Shown: piece by piece, positions 24,509-37,650 of the stretch
Position numbering within the stretch: position 1 is the stretch's first letter
Layout: every line of letters begins with the position of its first letter
Assembly (NCBI GenBank): GCA_051362555.1
Contig: CM120647.1
Location: forward strand, 18,328,651 to 18,392,650
DNA from: Lingula anatina
Taxonomy: Eukaryota > Animalia > Brachiopoda
Direction: 5' to 3'
DNA: 64,000 bases
Made by a program: the position numbers and the translations under genes
Notes under the pieces: generated by a model
Seen by the model: the letters and a program-made list of their open reading frames with translations, nothing else
Database searches by the model: none
Told to the model about the DNA's origin: nothing

Positions 24509-26897
24509 ATGTTGACAGTCCTGTGGTCCTGGAACTATCTATTCCTCTACATAGTGCTGTTCTCTGCTACAACATATGTCAACAAAGTGAGTGTGTTATA
24601 AACATAGTAACTATTGGTCAAGGTGAATAATTAGGTCAAGGTGAATCATAAGGTCATTGTGAATAATTAGGTCAATGTAAACTAGTACTGGTAAGATTTA
24701 TATCTATTCATATATATCTACAATTTGTCTTTTGCCATATAACATAAAAATGATGATATGCACAATTGAGCATGTGAAGAAATTGAATTGAATATTGATT
24801 GAATTGATTCATTTTGTTTCCATTAATTAAATAAATATTATGTGTTGTTTTATTTCAGTATGTGCTGTCAGTGTTGACCTTTCAGTATCCCACTATATTT
24901 CAGGGGTGAGTTACTTTTTAATAATAAATAATAATAAAAGTATGGAAAAAGGGGTTTTCATAACCACATAAGTGCAAGCAACTTCTTATGGTTTAGGATA
25001 GGTACGTTACATTTCCCTTTCCGTTGAGGCACAAAGTCACCATTCACATAATTAAAGTCTCTAGATGGTGGATCAAAATGTAGTTTGACTCGTTAATTTT
25101 TCAAGTTCCACTACTGCCCCTTAACACGAGTCTCAAGGGTTAAACAATCTGATGGCCAAAATCAGAACTAGTGGAACAAATTTCCACAATTTGATAGACC
25201 AGGTTTAACTTAACTGGTACAATGTATTTGGCATGCAAGCAGTGTTAATGTCACATCTGTCATATTTAAGTATCTGATACTTCTTCCACCATTCATTGCA
25301 TGTCATTAACTTGACAATTTACAAAAATGACCTTCTTTTTGCATGGCAAGATGGCAGACTCTGGTTGGGGCAGTGTCCTTAAGACTTCTCAGTCTGAAAA
25401 TAGATATTGGGACAGCAGATTTGAACAGGTAAGATATATAGATGTGTGTAGATAAAGTTTTTAATTAAAGTCTATTTCTGGACTTACAGTATAATCTAAT
25501 TGATGACATTGCATCCCTCTTGCAGACTTCTAAGAATACTGGTGAAATAATTTTCATGTTTATTATGTAATCTATACCAAGATGTTTGATGGCCCAGTCC
25601 CCCCTATATATATATATAATGTAAAGAGAGTAATTTTTTGTGATCAAAATAATTATAATAATTATATATACAATAATTGTTAGTGTTTGATTTCCAGTTT
25701 GATTTATTATAATTTTCTTTCTACTGTAAAAAAAATTTAAGAACTTTGAGAAGGTCTCCTTCCCGGTGAGTATAGGTGGATGTTATCAGGTTTACAGTGG
25801 TTTTCACATGCTTGTTACTAAAGAGTTTTTTTAAACAGTAGTACTTGGTATTTTGTTGGTAAAATAAGGTTTACAGAAATGTATTTTTTTTAGATGTATG
25901 TAGTCTAGGATTTTTGGGAATTTGATCATTTAAAACATTTAATCTTTAAATTTGATGGGTTGAAATTCACCATGATAAATTTGAATGCTAGTATTCAAAT
26001 TCAAGGCACACAGTGTGTGTAGACTTTAAAAAAGACCAGTTGATTTTCCTCGTAGTTTTAGCAGTTTTCCCTTGAGTGCCAAGGTGTACCACATCCAAAA
26101 CCATTGACCCAGGTACAAACTACTGGTACAAAGCATTTTTCGATTTTCTAAATTTCTAATTCCTACCAACCAGGTGAAATTTGCTTCACGCTGAGAGTGC
26201 TTCAATTTTAACTAAATCTAAGAATTCAAAAACAAGTTTAAGGAGGTAAATGTTAAGAATAATTTTGGATATTTTGTAGGTTTTTGAATTGGTGAAAAAA
26301 TTTAATTTTTGCCACACAAATGTCTAGCACCTGTTGTGTGACTTCAGTATAGTAACTGTTGTCTCTAAATGGTGGTATTGGGCAAATTTCCTTGAAGTAG
26401 ATATTTTTCAGTGTTTTATATAATGCGTAAGTTTCTTAGAGGAACTTCTTTTCAGTGTGCAAAAGGATTAATTTCAGATTGGTTATACAGCACTGACAAC
26501 AATTTTATTTATTTTTTATCATAAGTGGTGGTCAGGGGAGATTATTTTTTTAAATTGTGGTTATGGTGTGACTTTGAATGTTAAGATAAATAAAAATATT
26601 AAATGTTTTGTTAATCAAATTTTCAGTAGACTGTTTGATGGGTATGATATTTATCTTTATGCCATAACTGTTCGATATTCTGTTTGATTATGAAATTGGT
26701 GTAAATATTATAATAATCTCAACTTAGCAACAAAAGAGTTGCAGCAGCAGTGCTTTCAAATCAGGGGTTAAACATAGTTTTCCCTGCTGCACCTGTATCC
26801 ATACCCTTTTAACAAAAGTAGTGGGAATTTATTTCAGGACCTTGAACATTAGATATAAAGATTTACAATATCATGTGATTTTAGTTAATGCTTAACT

Positions 26898-26948
<51 letters not shown>

Positions 26949-29900
26949 CAGAGGTAATGTGAAAAAGATCCCAACTTAAGTCTTTGATAATTACTTGTAT
27001 AGTACATATTTGTTATTGGGGACAAAATTTTAGTGATTAATAATAAGTTGCCAGTCTTTCACCCTGGGTTTGATAGCTTACTGGAAACCCTCTTTTGTTA
27101 TCACTATTATTTTGCCATTTCCATTGATACCCTGTGAGTTTAAGCAGCCACTCAATTATTATATCTTTATTATTTCTTCTAACTGGAAACATCAGCCAGG
27201 AGCATGCTGATTATAGTCTCAGGTGTTTTTTCTTTTACATCTGAAAATTGGGGGTCACCAATTTAGTGTCTTTTATATACGTATGTACATGTACCCTCAA
27301 AAATGTTCCTGTAATAAACCCATGCACTCCATATATTTTCAGGAGAGAAGTTCTCAAATGGTCTCCTGGGTTGGTGCTTTTTGTGATCAGCATCTATTCT
27401 GGCTCCAAGGCTCTGTCAAAAATAGTAAACAAACCTTGTTATATAGTTCATTGCTGTTCAATTTTGATTGTATTAATTCATGATTTAATTGTGTCTTTGT
27501 AGCGAAGGTTATTTATCATTTCATAATCAAATTCACTTGATCTCCAGCTACCTTTATTATTCTTTACACTTTACCATGATAATAAATTATTTCATCCACT
27601 GTAATTGCATATTGAGACACATTTCAGATAATAAATTAAGATATTGATACCAAAGTGGTGAAAATTCATCACTGACAGCATACTTTCTTTACTTTCAGCC
27701 CATTCCAATATTTTTAGCCTTACATAATCTAACAGATTTTAGTCACGTTATCACAGACACCATTATACATAGAAGGGTGAGTCATTCAGTCTCCCCCCTC
27801 CCTCCCTCCCTCTCTCTCTCTTAAACACACACACACACACACACACACCACACAGACACACACTGTTAAAGCAACTTGTAAAATTTTGTTACACATGATG
27901 TTTCTTCTAAGGTTACCAATTAGATCTGTGGTTACAACAGTATAGGAGAAACTTCTACTTGGATTTGGCTGATTCTGATTGGTTCTATTCTAGGCTGTTC
28001 CTTACATTTGATTTTTAGAAATTTTAAGGGTTTGGGAACTTGTTTGAAACACCTTCAGAATTGTGCAGATACAAAATAGAAAAATAGATAACAAATGATG
28101 ATGGAACAAAAATAAATTATAATTTCAAGATTTTAATATTTTCCAGACAGTGACCCTGGGCCGATATGTGTCCTTGATGTACATCGCGGGGTCCTCCATT
28201 ATGATCAGCTGGACTGATCCACAGGTACACTGAGTTAATTAAAAAATTCTGTCCTGTTTCACAAGAGAAAATTGATTTTTTTTTTCACTTGAAAATTGGT
28301 TGAAACTTGTAGACAAAAAATTTGATTTAAATTTTCATGGTACTTACTCAGTCTTTTCAAAGGGCAAAAATTATCAAACTTTCAGATACATAATTTTATA
28401 AGCACAAAAATAATTATATTTCTATACAGCATTTGTGGTGCTTTTAATGCACAGAATAGAACTATAGAGTAGCCTGCCTTTTAATTTTGTTGCTACCACT
28501 AAATAGGAATGTTCTAATTTTAAGAAATTATTATTTAAAAAATGCATTATCTGTAAAATGCACAATTTTCTCCCATCGAAAAGATTAAATAAATATGGTT
28601 ATGTTTAAGTGTCAGTAAACACTTGAGAAAAATATATTATTTATAAAATAGAAGTATGCTACATTTTGTTCTTATCACAAGAGCCTCGTAATAAAAAATA
28701 AAGACAATGTAGAAACAGATCCAACTGGAAAAGATATGACATGGTTATACTTACTGTCAGTTTTACTTGTTAAATGATAATAAAATAGTAATCATAACAA
28801 ATCTTCATAATAAATTGAAGCGATTTCAACAGAGCAACTACAAGTATGTAATTAGGTATAGAATTGGTTAATTTGTAATAATGTGTATTTAGATATAAGT
28901 ATATAACATACTAGCATTTATAAAGAGACTAAGTCTTATGTATTTTCAGTTCCACGAGGCGGGGTACTTGTGGATGATGGTACATATATTATCCACTGGG
29001 GCACTTGCAATGTACAGCAAAATGACAAAACATTTCCATCTTATACAGCTTGGGTAGGTAGTTTTTCATTTTCTGTCAAACCATTTATTTCCTAGCTGTC
29101 CCACAATACATTGATATTTCTACCTTATTTCTACATCTGTCTCATTTTGTTTAAAGGTATCGATATCTGCAGTGACTTCTGTATCTAAACATGGGGCAAC
29201 ATCTGTTTGAAAAAACCTTCTGTTCAGCTAGATATTTTGCAGACAGTTCATGGATGTTTACATTTATCATCCAGCATCATTAAGTCTTTTAAATTACAAA
29301 ATTGTTTGACAGTGTGTTCTTCCTGATCAAATGGTAGCTAGATGTTTATCATTTGAATTGAGTATTTTTATTTTATTTTTATTTTCAGAGATACTGGTAG
29401 ACTATATTACAATTATTTATATAGGTAAGTCTGAATTGTGTCTTGAATTGCAGAAGAACTGTTGCCTGTTATTGATTATTGATGATAGTCTGTGAAAATA
29501 AGATAAAGTAAGGAATATTCTTAGAACACAAACTATCACCAAGAAAAGAAGCAATTACTGAAAGGGATGACAACTATTGAGAGACCCAGATACACTTGAA
29601 ATTGTAATTATTTTTCTTTTTTAAGAATAACAATCTCTCTTGAGTATTTCATCGAAATTTGCAAAGGACTTTTTGAGGTATTTTGCCTCTAACAAACAGA
29701 TAGACTGAGGCATATAATATATTTTCTTTTAAATTAGTTTTTATATTTTCAATCAATGTGAAGGATTTTCTTATTCTGTGTTCCCTGCAAGTTTGATCGG
29801 CAGGATGAACACCCACTTTCTAATTGAACTTTTTATAGATCTCCTTTGATATTTTGTTCAATTGTTCATTTCAGCTTCATAATATTGGCACCTTCAAGTT

Positions 29901-31843
29901 ACTTCATAGGTAGGTTTATACACTAGATTTGCACTGAATTGTATTTTCAGTGCAAAAAAATGCTATGAACAACCATTTTTACCACAAACAGGCAGCCACT
30001 TTGTCCTGTTTCAAGCTCAAGTATACTGCAAGTTACAGTACATATTTGTCACCTTTAAGATTATGAACTCTGCCTTTTGCTTGACTCAAACGGATAAGTC
30101 ACAAACTTTCCTTTAACTTGCATTAAGCATTTTGTTATTCTTCTAGTAGAGGAATGGAAACATATTTAAATTCTTTATTTGTTCCATTTTCTCCTTTTAC
30201 TGTTTTTAGGTGATGCCCTAGCAGCAAGGGAATTCCCATTTTTCTACTTATATAAATTTTACGTTGGATGTGTGTCAAGGTAAGCCAGGTCCGGTTCTGG
30301 GAGAGGTTCTTGTAATAAATCCTTTAATATATTTTGTTATATTTTTGTTAACTTTTCAACCAACTTTACCAGTCTTCATTGATGTAAGCCATGCATGCCA
30401 GTTAGCCAGTGACATTTGGGCCAGTAGTCAAAAAGAAAGTTGCTGGACCTTTTTTTTTCTAGACTGACTGTAAATTCAATAAGAGAGCTCTTAAAATTGT
30501 TACCAGTCTCTTTGATCGACTGATTCAGAACACAATTTTTTACCAGTTTGTTAAAGTTTTATCTGTATTGACAAGTAGGCGAGGATTGACCATTTGTGTC
30601 GTTTCAGCCTGCTACACATCTCAGTTCATGAAGCCAATTTGCACATTTCCTCACTTGTAACACTTTTCCTACCCACTGTCTTCTTGCATCTTTAATTCAA
30701 TGACCCACTTTCATTTTCAGTGACCTTTTTTCACTTTCACTTTCAGTGGAGTTTTTGGTGTGATACTGAGCCTGATTGTGATCAAATATAAAGAGGAATA
30801 CCACACCTCATTCAGAGCCACGGCCGCTGTCGCAAAGGTGAGGTGAATATCAGTGCAATAAGATAATACCTAAGTTTGTACCAGTAAATTAATTATTATT
30901 TATTAAATCCGCCAAGGAGGTTATGTTTTTGGTTCCTTTAGTTTGTCTGTCTGTCTTTTAACAACATTACAGAAAAAGTTATGGAGCAATTTTGATGAAA
31001 TTTTCTGGGACTGTCAGAAGGAACAGATGATTAGTTTTTGGTGGTGATGCGGATCATTAATCAATCAATAATCAATAATCAAAATCAAAAAACTAAATCA
31101 TTATAGAATGAAAATTTCAGGGTGAAACGGCATTGGGTGGAGACTTTGCTGCATTGGCGGAGGTCTGCGCTCTCCGAGTGCTTTTCTAGTTTCATATCTG
31201 GAAATAAAGTTAAAGCTGAGATGATCAAAGGCTTTCAATATTTAACTTCAAATGAACAAATGTTGAACAGTTTTTCTTTTATTTCAGGTTGCCGCTTCCC
31301 TTGTGTCCTTGAGTTTATTTGATTTCATTATTACGGCAAGTAACTCATTCTGGTAAGTGTTAATTAATTAATTTATTTTTGTGAGTGTCTGCACCCAAAA
31401 TTCAGAGATAACTTATCAAACTTGATCATCAGTGTTTAATTAAAATGTTTTGTCTTAAATGACTGGCCAGTCATATAAAATACCATGGCTTCCTGTACAT
31501 TTCAGAAAGAACCTTCAAAGTCTGTTACTTTTATTTTAGGGGTTTTATCTTTTTTTTTAAGGTCAGAATTGAAAAAGTAGCTTTGCAGAATATGTAGACC
31601 TAGAAAATATGACTTTGGGACATTTTAAAAATGTGTACAGTGTGCCAGAAATCAAGGAATTTGTTCTCTTTATTGTATTGTATTGCATTGTATTGTCATT
31701 GAAGGGTATGTTCCAACCAGCTAGCCAGCGTGGCCATCAGCCTTTTAGAACAACTGGACCCCATACCAAGAGAGATGGAAGAAAGTGACCTGAAAACCAA
31801 GCAGAACGGTGTGTCAGAAGCCACAGGGTCTGCCATTGTCTGA
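24509..31843 (+). CDS. TMEM241: Transmembrane protein 241 (SLC35D4, nucleotide-sugar transporter family), ~326 aa, 13 coding exons
   Basis: Exons 24509-24586, 24859-24905, 25351-25428, 27343-27424, 27699-27776, 28147-28224, 28950-29053, 29389-29424, 29875-29909, 30210-30279, 30747-30837, 31288-31352, 31705-31843 (981 nt, in frame). Family motifs: VNKYVLSVLTFQYPTIFQGWQTLVG, IYSGSKALSKIPIPIFLALHN, DPQFHEAGYLWMMVH, YYNYLYS, GDALAAREFPFFYLYKFYVGCVSSG. Confidence 0.93.
26900..26946 (+). repeat. (CA)n microsatellite
   Basis: Directly visible. Confidence 0.9.
30901..31171 (+). mobile_element. Short Helentron/HINE (DINE-1-like) element
   Basis: 5' ATTAAATCCGCCAAGGAGGTTATGTTTT, (TGTC)n microsatellite, 3' subterminal IR TGGCGGAGGT, hairpin GCGCTCTCCGAGTGC and a CTAGTT end. 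Confidence 0.8.

Positions 31844-31885
<42 letters not shown>
31842..31885 (+). repeat. (GA)n microsatellite starting at the TMEM241 stop codon
   Basis: TGA runs directly into GAGAGA... Confidence 0.85.
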
Positions 31886-31889
<4 letters not shown>

Positions 31890-33498
31890 ATGAGTTGTGT
31901 GAGAGAGAGTGATATATACTAAGGTTGAGTAAATTCAAGCAAAAAGACGCTGAGCCTCATAGGTCACCTAGTGCTACTACAAACAGTGCCATTAAAGATT
32001 GGTACTATTCCCCTGACATATGTGAGCCTGAATCAAAGTCAACATTAGAGCAATGAACTACCAAAAGAACAATCCAAAAAAACAGAATGATACAGAGAAA
32101 CCACAGGATGAGTGAGGGAAAACAGAAAGTGGTACACCTTTGGAAAGATTTATAAAAATTCCAGTTCCTACATGACTATTCTTGAGACACACTAAATGAC
32201 ATTAAAAGACATTCAAAGTCATATAATATGGACAAAATATTAATGTTGGAATCAGGGAGCATACTTCCCACAGAATGCTCAAGTGCAAAAAAAAATCTAC
32301 TTCCATTTTAATTTAAAAAATATTTTAGGGAGAACTGTGCTGGTGGATATGTCCATTGAGTCTCTTGTATTATAAATCATAAAATATGCATAATATGATA
32401 TAAAAACAGATAATGTTTGCTGTACAACAAATAGTGGTTTACTGGTTGCTTACGTATAAAATATTTCCAAATCCTTAAGTCATATAGAGTCACTAGAATT
32501 TTTTTAAATTATTTTTTAACAAGTTTGTTTCTTGTTTGGTCAGAAGTAGCTGTACTGAGTGTAAGGCTCACAACTGGTGATTCTTAATCTTAATAGAGAG
32601 GCTATTGAGTTGTCAATCTTTAAAAATGTACCAGTACAGATGGTATCAGTAAAGTAAAGGTAAGATTATGGAAGGAATGCCAAGAGCTTTGCTGGAGGCA
32701 GTTTATTGATGTTTACAACTACTTAGCACACAAATGGATAAATTTGTGTCTTATCCAACAGTTTAATTTATAACAATATTTTTATTCAGTCAAAGTAAGA
32801 AACCCCACAGCGGGTAGAGAATATTTGTTATTTGCATTTTATGCACACTGGTGATAGGAAATATACTAATATATGTTATATTTGAATGACTTTTGTTTAC
32901 TTAATATTAAATTCATATGCTACACTCCCTTCCCAGAACACTGTTTCATATGTGACAAGGTTAATGCAGAGCCAGGATGAAAAAGTTAATATATTATTTG
33001 TAACATGTTGAAAATTTCATGTGTACATTTTGAGTTCTTTTAATTTGGCAAGTTTGGTTACACAGGCTGAAATGTCTATACAAGACATTTCTCCATCTAT
33101 TTGAAAATATTAAATCTCACATTATTTTTCATTGAAGTGCTTTCAACTCATTGGAGGATAAATTTTAGGTTGGTTGCAAACTTAGTTAATAAAGAGCCTA
33201 AGCATGTCAAAAAACTTCTAAAAACCGGTCAGTTGTCTTGGGCTTTTTAGTTCAAGTAGATAAGAGAGGAAAAACATAACATGAAAGAGAATTTTCATCC
33301 TTAAGTTGCATTAGATCATTTTTCTGATGGTGCTAAAAGTTGTAAAATTTTGGCAAAGTCAGTTTTTGTGGATGCAATAGATAGCAAAGATTGCAAGGTC
33401 AAGGTCAGCAGAACAAAGTGAAGGTCACCCATTGATTATTATGAGGTGGTGTTTGATCCCGGAAAGATAACATATGTATAAGAAAAGACAAACAGATG

Positions 33499-33526
33499 AA
33501 TAAAAGTGTACAACAGGGCTTTTATT
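33499..33526. terminator. Candidate face-to-face polyadenylation signals for TMEM241 (+) and the LCCL gene (-)
   Basis: AATAAA (+) at 33499-33504 and AATAAA (-) at 33526-33521, between convergent stop codons. Confidence 0.4.
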
Positions 33527-34062
33527 GTTTCTAGCATGTAATGCAGTAAAAGTGTTTTTTTTTTCAGCAGAAATGTACTTTATTTATAATATCATAAAAT
33601 GTCACAATCTGAAGGAAGTTCGTCGTTAAAAGAAAAAAATATAATAGCATGTCATCGTCATAAGAAGAAAATATACTAAGAAAATATACTATAAGTTTGA
33701 CTTGCTTACTCAAAATAGAGACATTTTCCATAAAAACTTGTAGGTCAAAACTACAATGAAAAATGACAGAATTTGTCCATAACTAATGTGCACTTCTTTT
33801 GTAATGTTCCGTTTTACATTGACTTCAAGATAAGCAATGACCAAAATTTCACTGAAACTTTAACTTACATCTTTGAATTGTTATCTTCCCAATTAAGTTC
33901 TCACTAACTAAGAACTCCATTCAAAATTATGAGCAAGACAGTCAAGATATTTCATTACTTCTAACAAGTTGCCCTTTGGTTAAAATTCCCAGAAAAAATC
34001 TACTTTGGAAAATAGCTGTATGCCGTGTTTTATTCCCAATTAAAGAGACACAGGTGCTGTGT

Positions 34063-37000
34063 CTACTTCGCCACTACTTGTACAATGAAGGTTTCTTCTT
34101 GAGCACCGGCACTAAAATAACAATAAAACAAGGTGTTATCCTATTGTTTATAATATTAATTCTGTCAGTGTAAATGCTATATAGGAGGAAAACCGTGGTA
34201 TGAAAAACTGAGGCCAAATTTGTAATTTTGTTTTTTCTTCGCACAAGGCTTGGGATGAATTTTTCCCAATTTTGTGTTTTTCCAAGGAAGAGTTATTTTT
34301 GTATAAAGGTCATTCATTAAATATCTATCAAATATGACTAATTTTGGTAAATAAAGTATATGCCATCTAGAGTAAAGAGAAAGAGAGAGAGAGAGTGGGG
34401 GGGGAGAACTTACTTATATGATGTTATTCCATTCCTTGCTGAACCTGTAAGGGAGGATTTCTCTTCTCCAGCTACGAACGTTACCAGACCACCATCTTGC
34501 CCGTTCACATGACGACCAGCTGGACAGATGCCAGAATACTGGAAAAAACACGCATTTTGGTAAATTTCTTCCAATTCTAATATACATTACACAAAACACA
34601 TAAGTATGTATATTTACATTAAAAACAAAATACTATTTCTTAAAGGGATAATAACTCTTCGTATAAGATCTATATTTCACCATAAAATCATTGTTAACAA
34701 CTCATAGAGATATAATATATTCTGTTTTACTGCAAAAACGGCAGTTATAGTTATTATTCTGATATCTGAGCTTGTCTTTAGACCACGTGACCTCCACTGA
34801 CAGCTATACTGTTATAATCTGTTAGGAGATTATAACAAAAAAAAAAACACTTTATAGAAAAAAATCAGGGAGTAACGTTGAATGTATAAATGGATTCATT
34901 AACCATTGGTAAGTATGGGAAAATTGTTGTTTACTCCAGGAAATTTCATTTTTGGCCAAAACGAAAAGTTATTATCCCTTTAATTTGTTTGAAAACGGAG
35001 CACAGGAAACAGAATTAGTGAATACAGAAAAATGTATTTTGTTAATAATAACATTCATTATAGTTCAATAAAAATTCCAAAATGATGTTAGAAATGAATG
35101 TGCATTTGTATTGTTTCCACTTCAATATTTTATTGAAGTTCCTTTTCCAAACAAACAAGATCAATTGATTGAATAAAACATTCAGATACTAACATTTAGA
35201 ACTCATAAATCATAGAAATTCTTAATCTACTTACACTTATTTATCTGTCTTATTTTAATTTCATTTTTATCAAATTAAATGTTTTGCTTTGATAACTTAC
35301 CGGAGCATAAAAGTCGGTACCATATACCCTGCTACCACGAGTGCATCCACTTCGACACCAGACTCTGAAAATATAGTACGTTTTTAAACTCTATCTCACC
35401 TATTCTTTTTTCTTTTAAATTTCAAATAAAATCAGTACTTTTTATTGGACAAAGAGGCGTTTTTTTGTTGATATTGGGTATTTAGAATTTTTTCCTCCCA
35501 AAAGTTTTTTTTTCTGAAATATGTCAATTTTAAGCAAAATTACTGTCACTGACACCAAAATAACATCCATTTTCTGCAGTACTTTTGTTTTCTGTGTAAA
35601 TTGTCTATGATCTTATGTTTCTCTTAGATGCCAGTAAAAAAATTTAAAAAAAACAATTTTTTAAAATAATTAAATGTATAAAAAATCACCCACTGGACAA
35701 ATGCAGCAATCCCTATAAAAAAATAATAAAACACGAAGAAGAAAATAAAATGAAATAAAAAAAATACTGACCTGCAAGGTTCTGTGCCAAAACGATGCTT
35801 ACAAGTCTTTGACCAATGTGAGTAGCAGTCCAGCTCGTAAACACAACCCATGTTACCGCCACCGAGGTCTTTACACGTCTGGAAGGACTGACAACCTTCA
35901 CAACCAGCCGTGGTCTCAACGAAACTGAATGCCGACGGCCATGATCGGTGGAACCTGAGCATAAACAACATGAAATGTAATTCTTATCTTTTTTTAAGGT
36001 AATTAGTCGAATTATTTATAATTGGGGCGGTTGTTTCATTGTAAGTATTACAGTTCTGAATAAATCAAAACAAATAAATTAATAAAAAAATAAAAGACAA
36101 TATAGAGACAAGATAAATAAAATAAAAAAATAAATAAATATGATAACGCCTACCCGTGTGAAGTGATAGAGTTTCTGACGGTTCCTGCAAACGAGACTTG
36201 ATTGCCTTCGCCTTTCGCTGTCACTACCCCTCCTTCGGATACTTCCGGTATGGCGTGGGCTGCTGCTCGGCAGACGGCAGAATTCTGGGTGTGAAAGTTT
36301 AAACATTTCAGGTGCATTTTGACTTTGCAATCCATAAATGAATTTCACATTTTTAAAACCATTTAATAATATGGCTGAAATATTAGTATAACAGTTGGTC
36401 TGGCCTTATCTGTGAGCGTAAATCAAAAACCAGAACCACAGCAAAAAATGTCAATCATTGATAATTTTGCAAACGGCTTTTGATATGATGTACATAGGAG
36501 ATTAATGCAAAGATGGTCCAGTTTTCAGAAAAATTATCATTTTCAATATTATTATCAATTCATTAATTTTGTTTTTGAAGTTGGTCTTACGCACACTGCT
36601 TGGTTTTAAATATTCTTCGTGAAATGGAAAACGGGCTAAATTGATACAATGTCCTTGCATGGTTGCCATAAAAGTTCAGATTTATAAGCCAAGTTTACCA
36701 GCAGTACTACAAAAGGTAGAGTTGGCGAAGCACATGTGAAATAACTTACATTGTGGTAAATGTCCGTTCCCCAAATGCTTCCTCCACGCGCACATCCTGC
36801 TCGGCAATTCACTCTGAATAAAAATTATTAATATTTGCTTACTTCAAGATAGAATTTACATTTAATTGATTTTTGTTGGTTTCATATGGTCATCAACAGT
36901 TAAATCCACAATTCAAGTTTGTGAACTCCATTTCATTCATAATCAAATACTAATTTGTTTGTTATTCATACTTCCTTTTCCATCATATTTTCCACCAAGG

Positions 37001-37618
37001 GGACTATATTTTGCCTTTGTTAATTTGTTGGTTTGCTAGTTATCCTGAAAATTATGGGCCAATATTGATTCAATTTTCGAGATCGATCTACACTGGGATA
37101 ACCTAGAACAGTTCAGAATTCAATGATTAATCACGAAATAATATGAGAATTGAGGTGCCTTCTTTTTAAGTGTATTTCAAATGTTCCTTACTTGCACTCA
37201 TCGTTACCAAATCGATGTTCGCATGTGTCGGCCCACTTAATGTAGCAATCCAGGTCCAGAGCGCATCCCAACTGTCCCTCAGTGACGTTAACACAGGTCT
37301 GGTATGGTTCACACTTAATGCCGGCAGCGGCGCATTCGTCGTTGGCCTCGGCAAAGCTGAATGATTCTGGATAACGCCTATGGTATCTGTCCACAGAATA
37401 ATTAAGTTGTTAAGACAGATTGATTACACCACTGATCGTTACAAAATGGATCGTGACTGTCAGTGTCAAGAAGAAAAATTTAACCATGATATCAGGTTCA
37501 TTCGTTCGTTCATGCTTTCCGTCTCCCTTTGTCTCTCTATGCGAAAAACCTCCTGGTAAATATACAGGGGCGGATCCAGGATTATTAGAAGGGGGGCCCG
37601 TAGATGCGAGGACGACCC

Positions 37619-37650
<32 letters not shown>

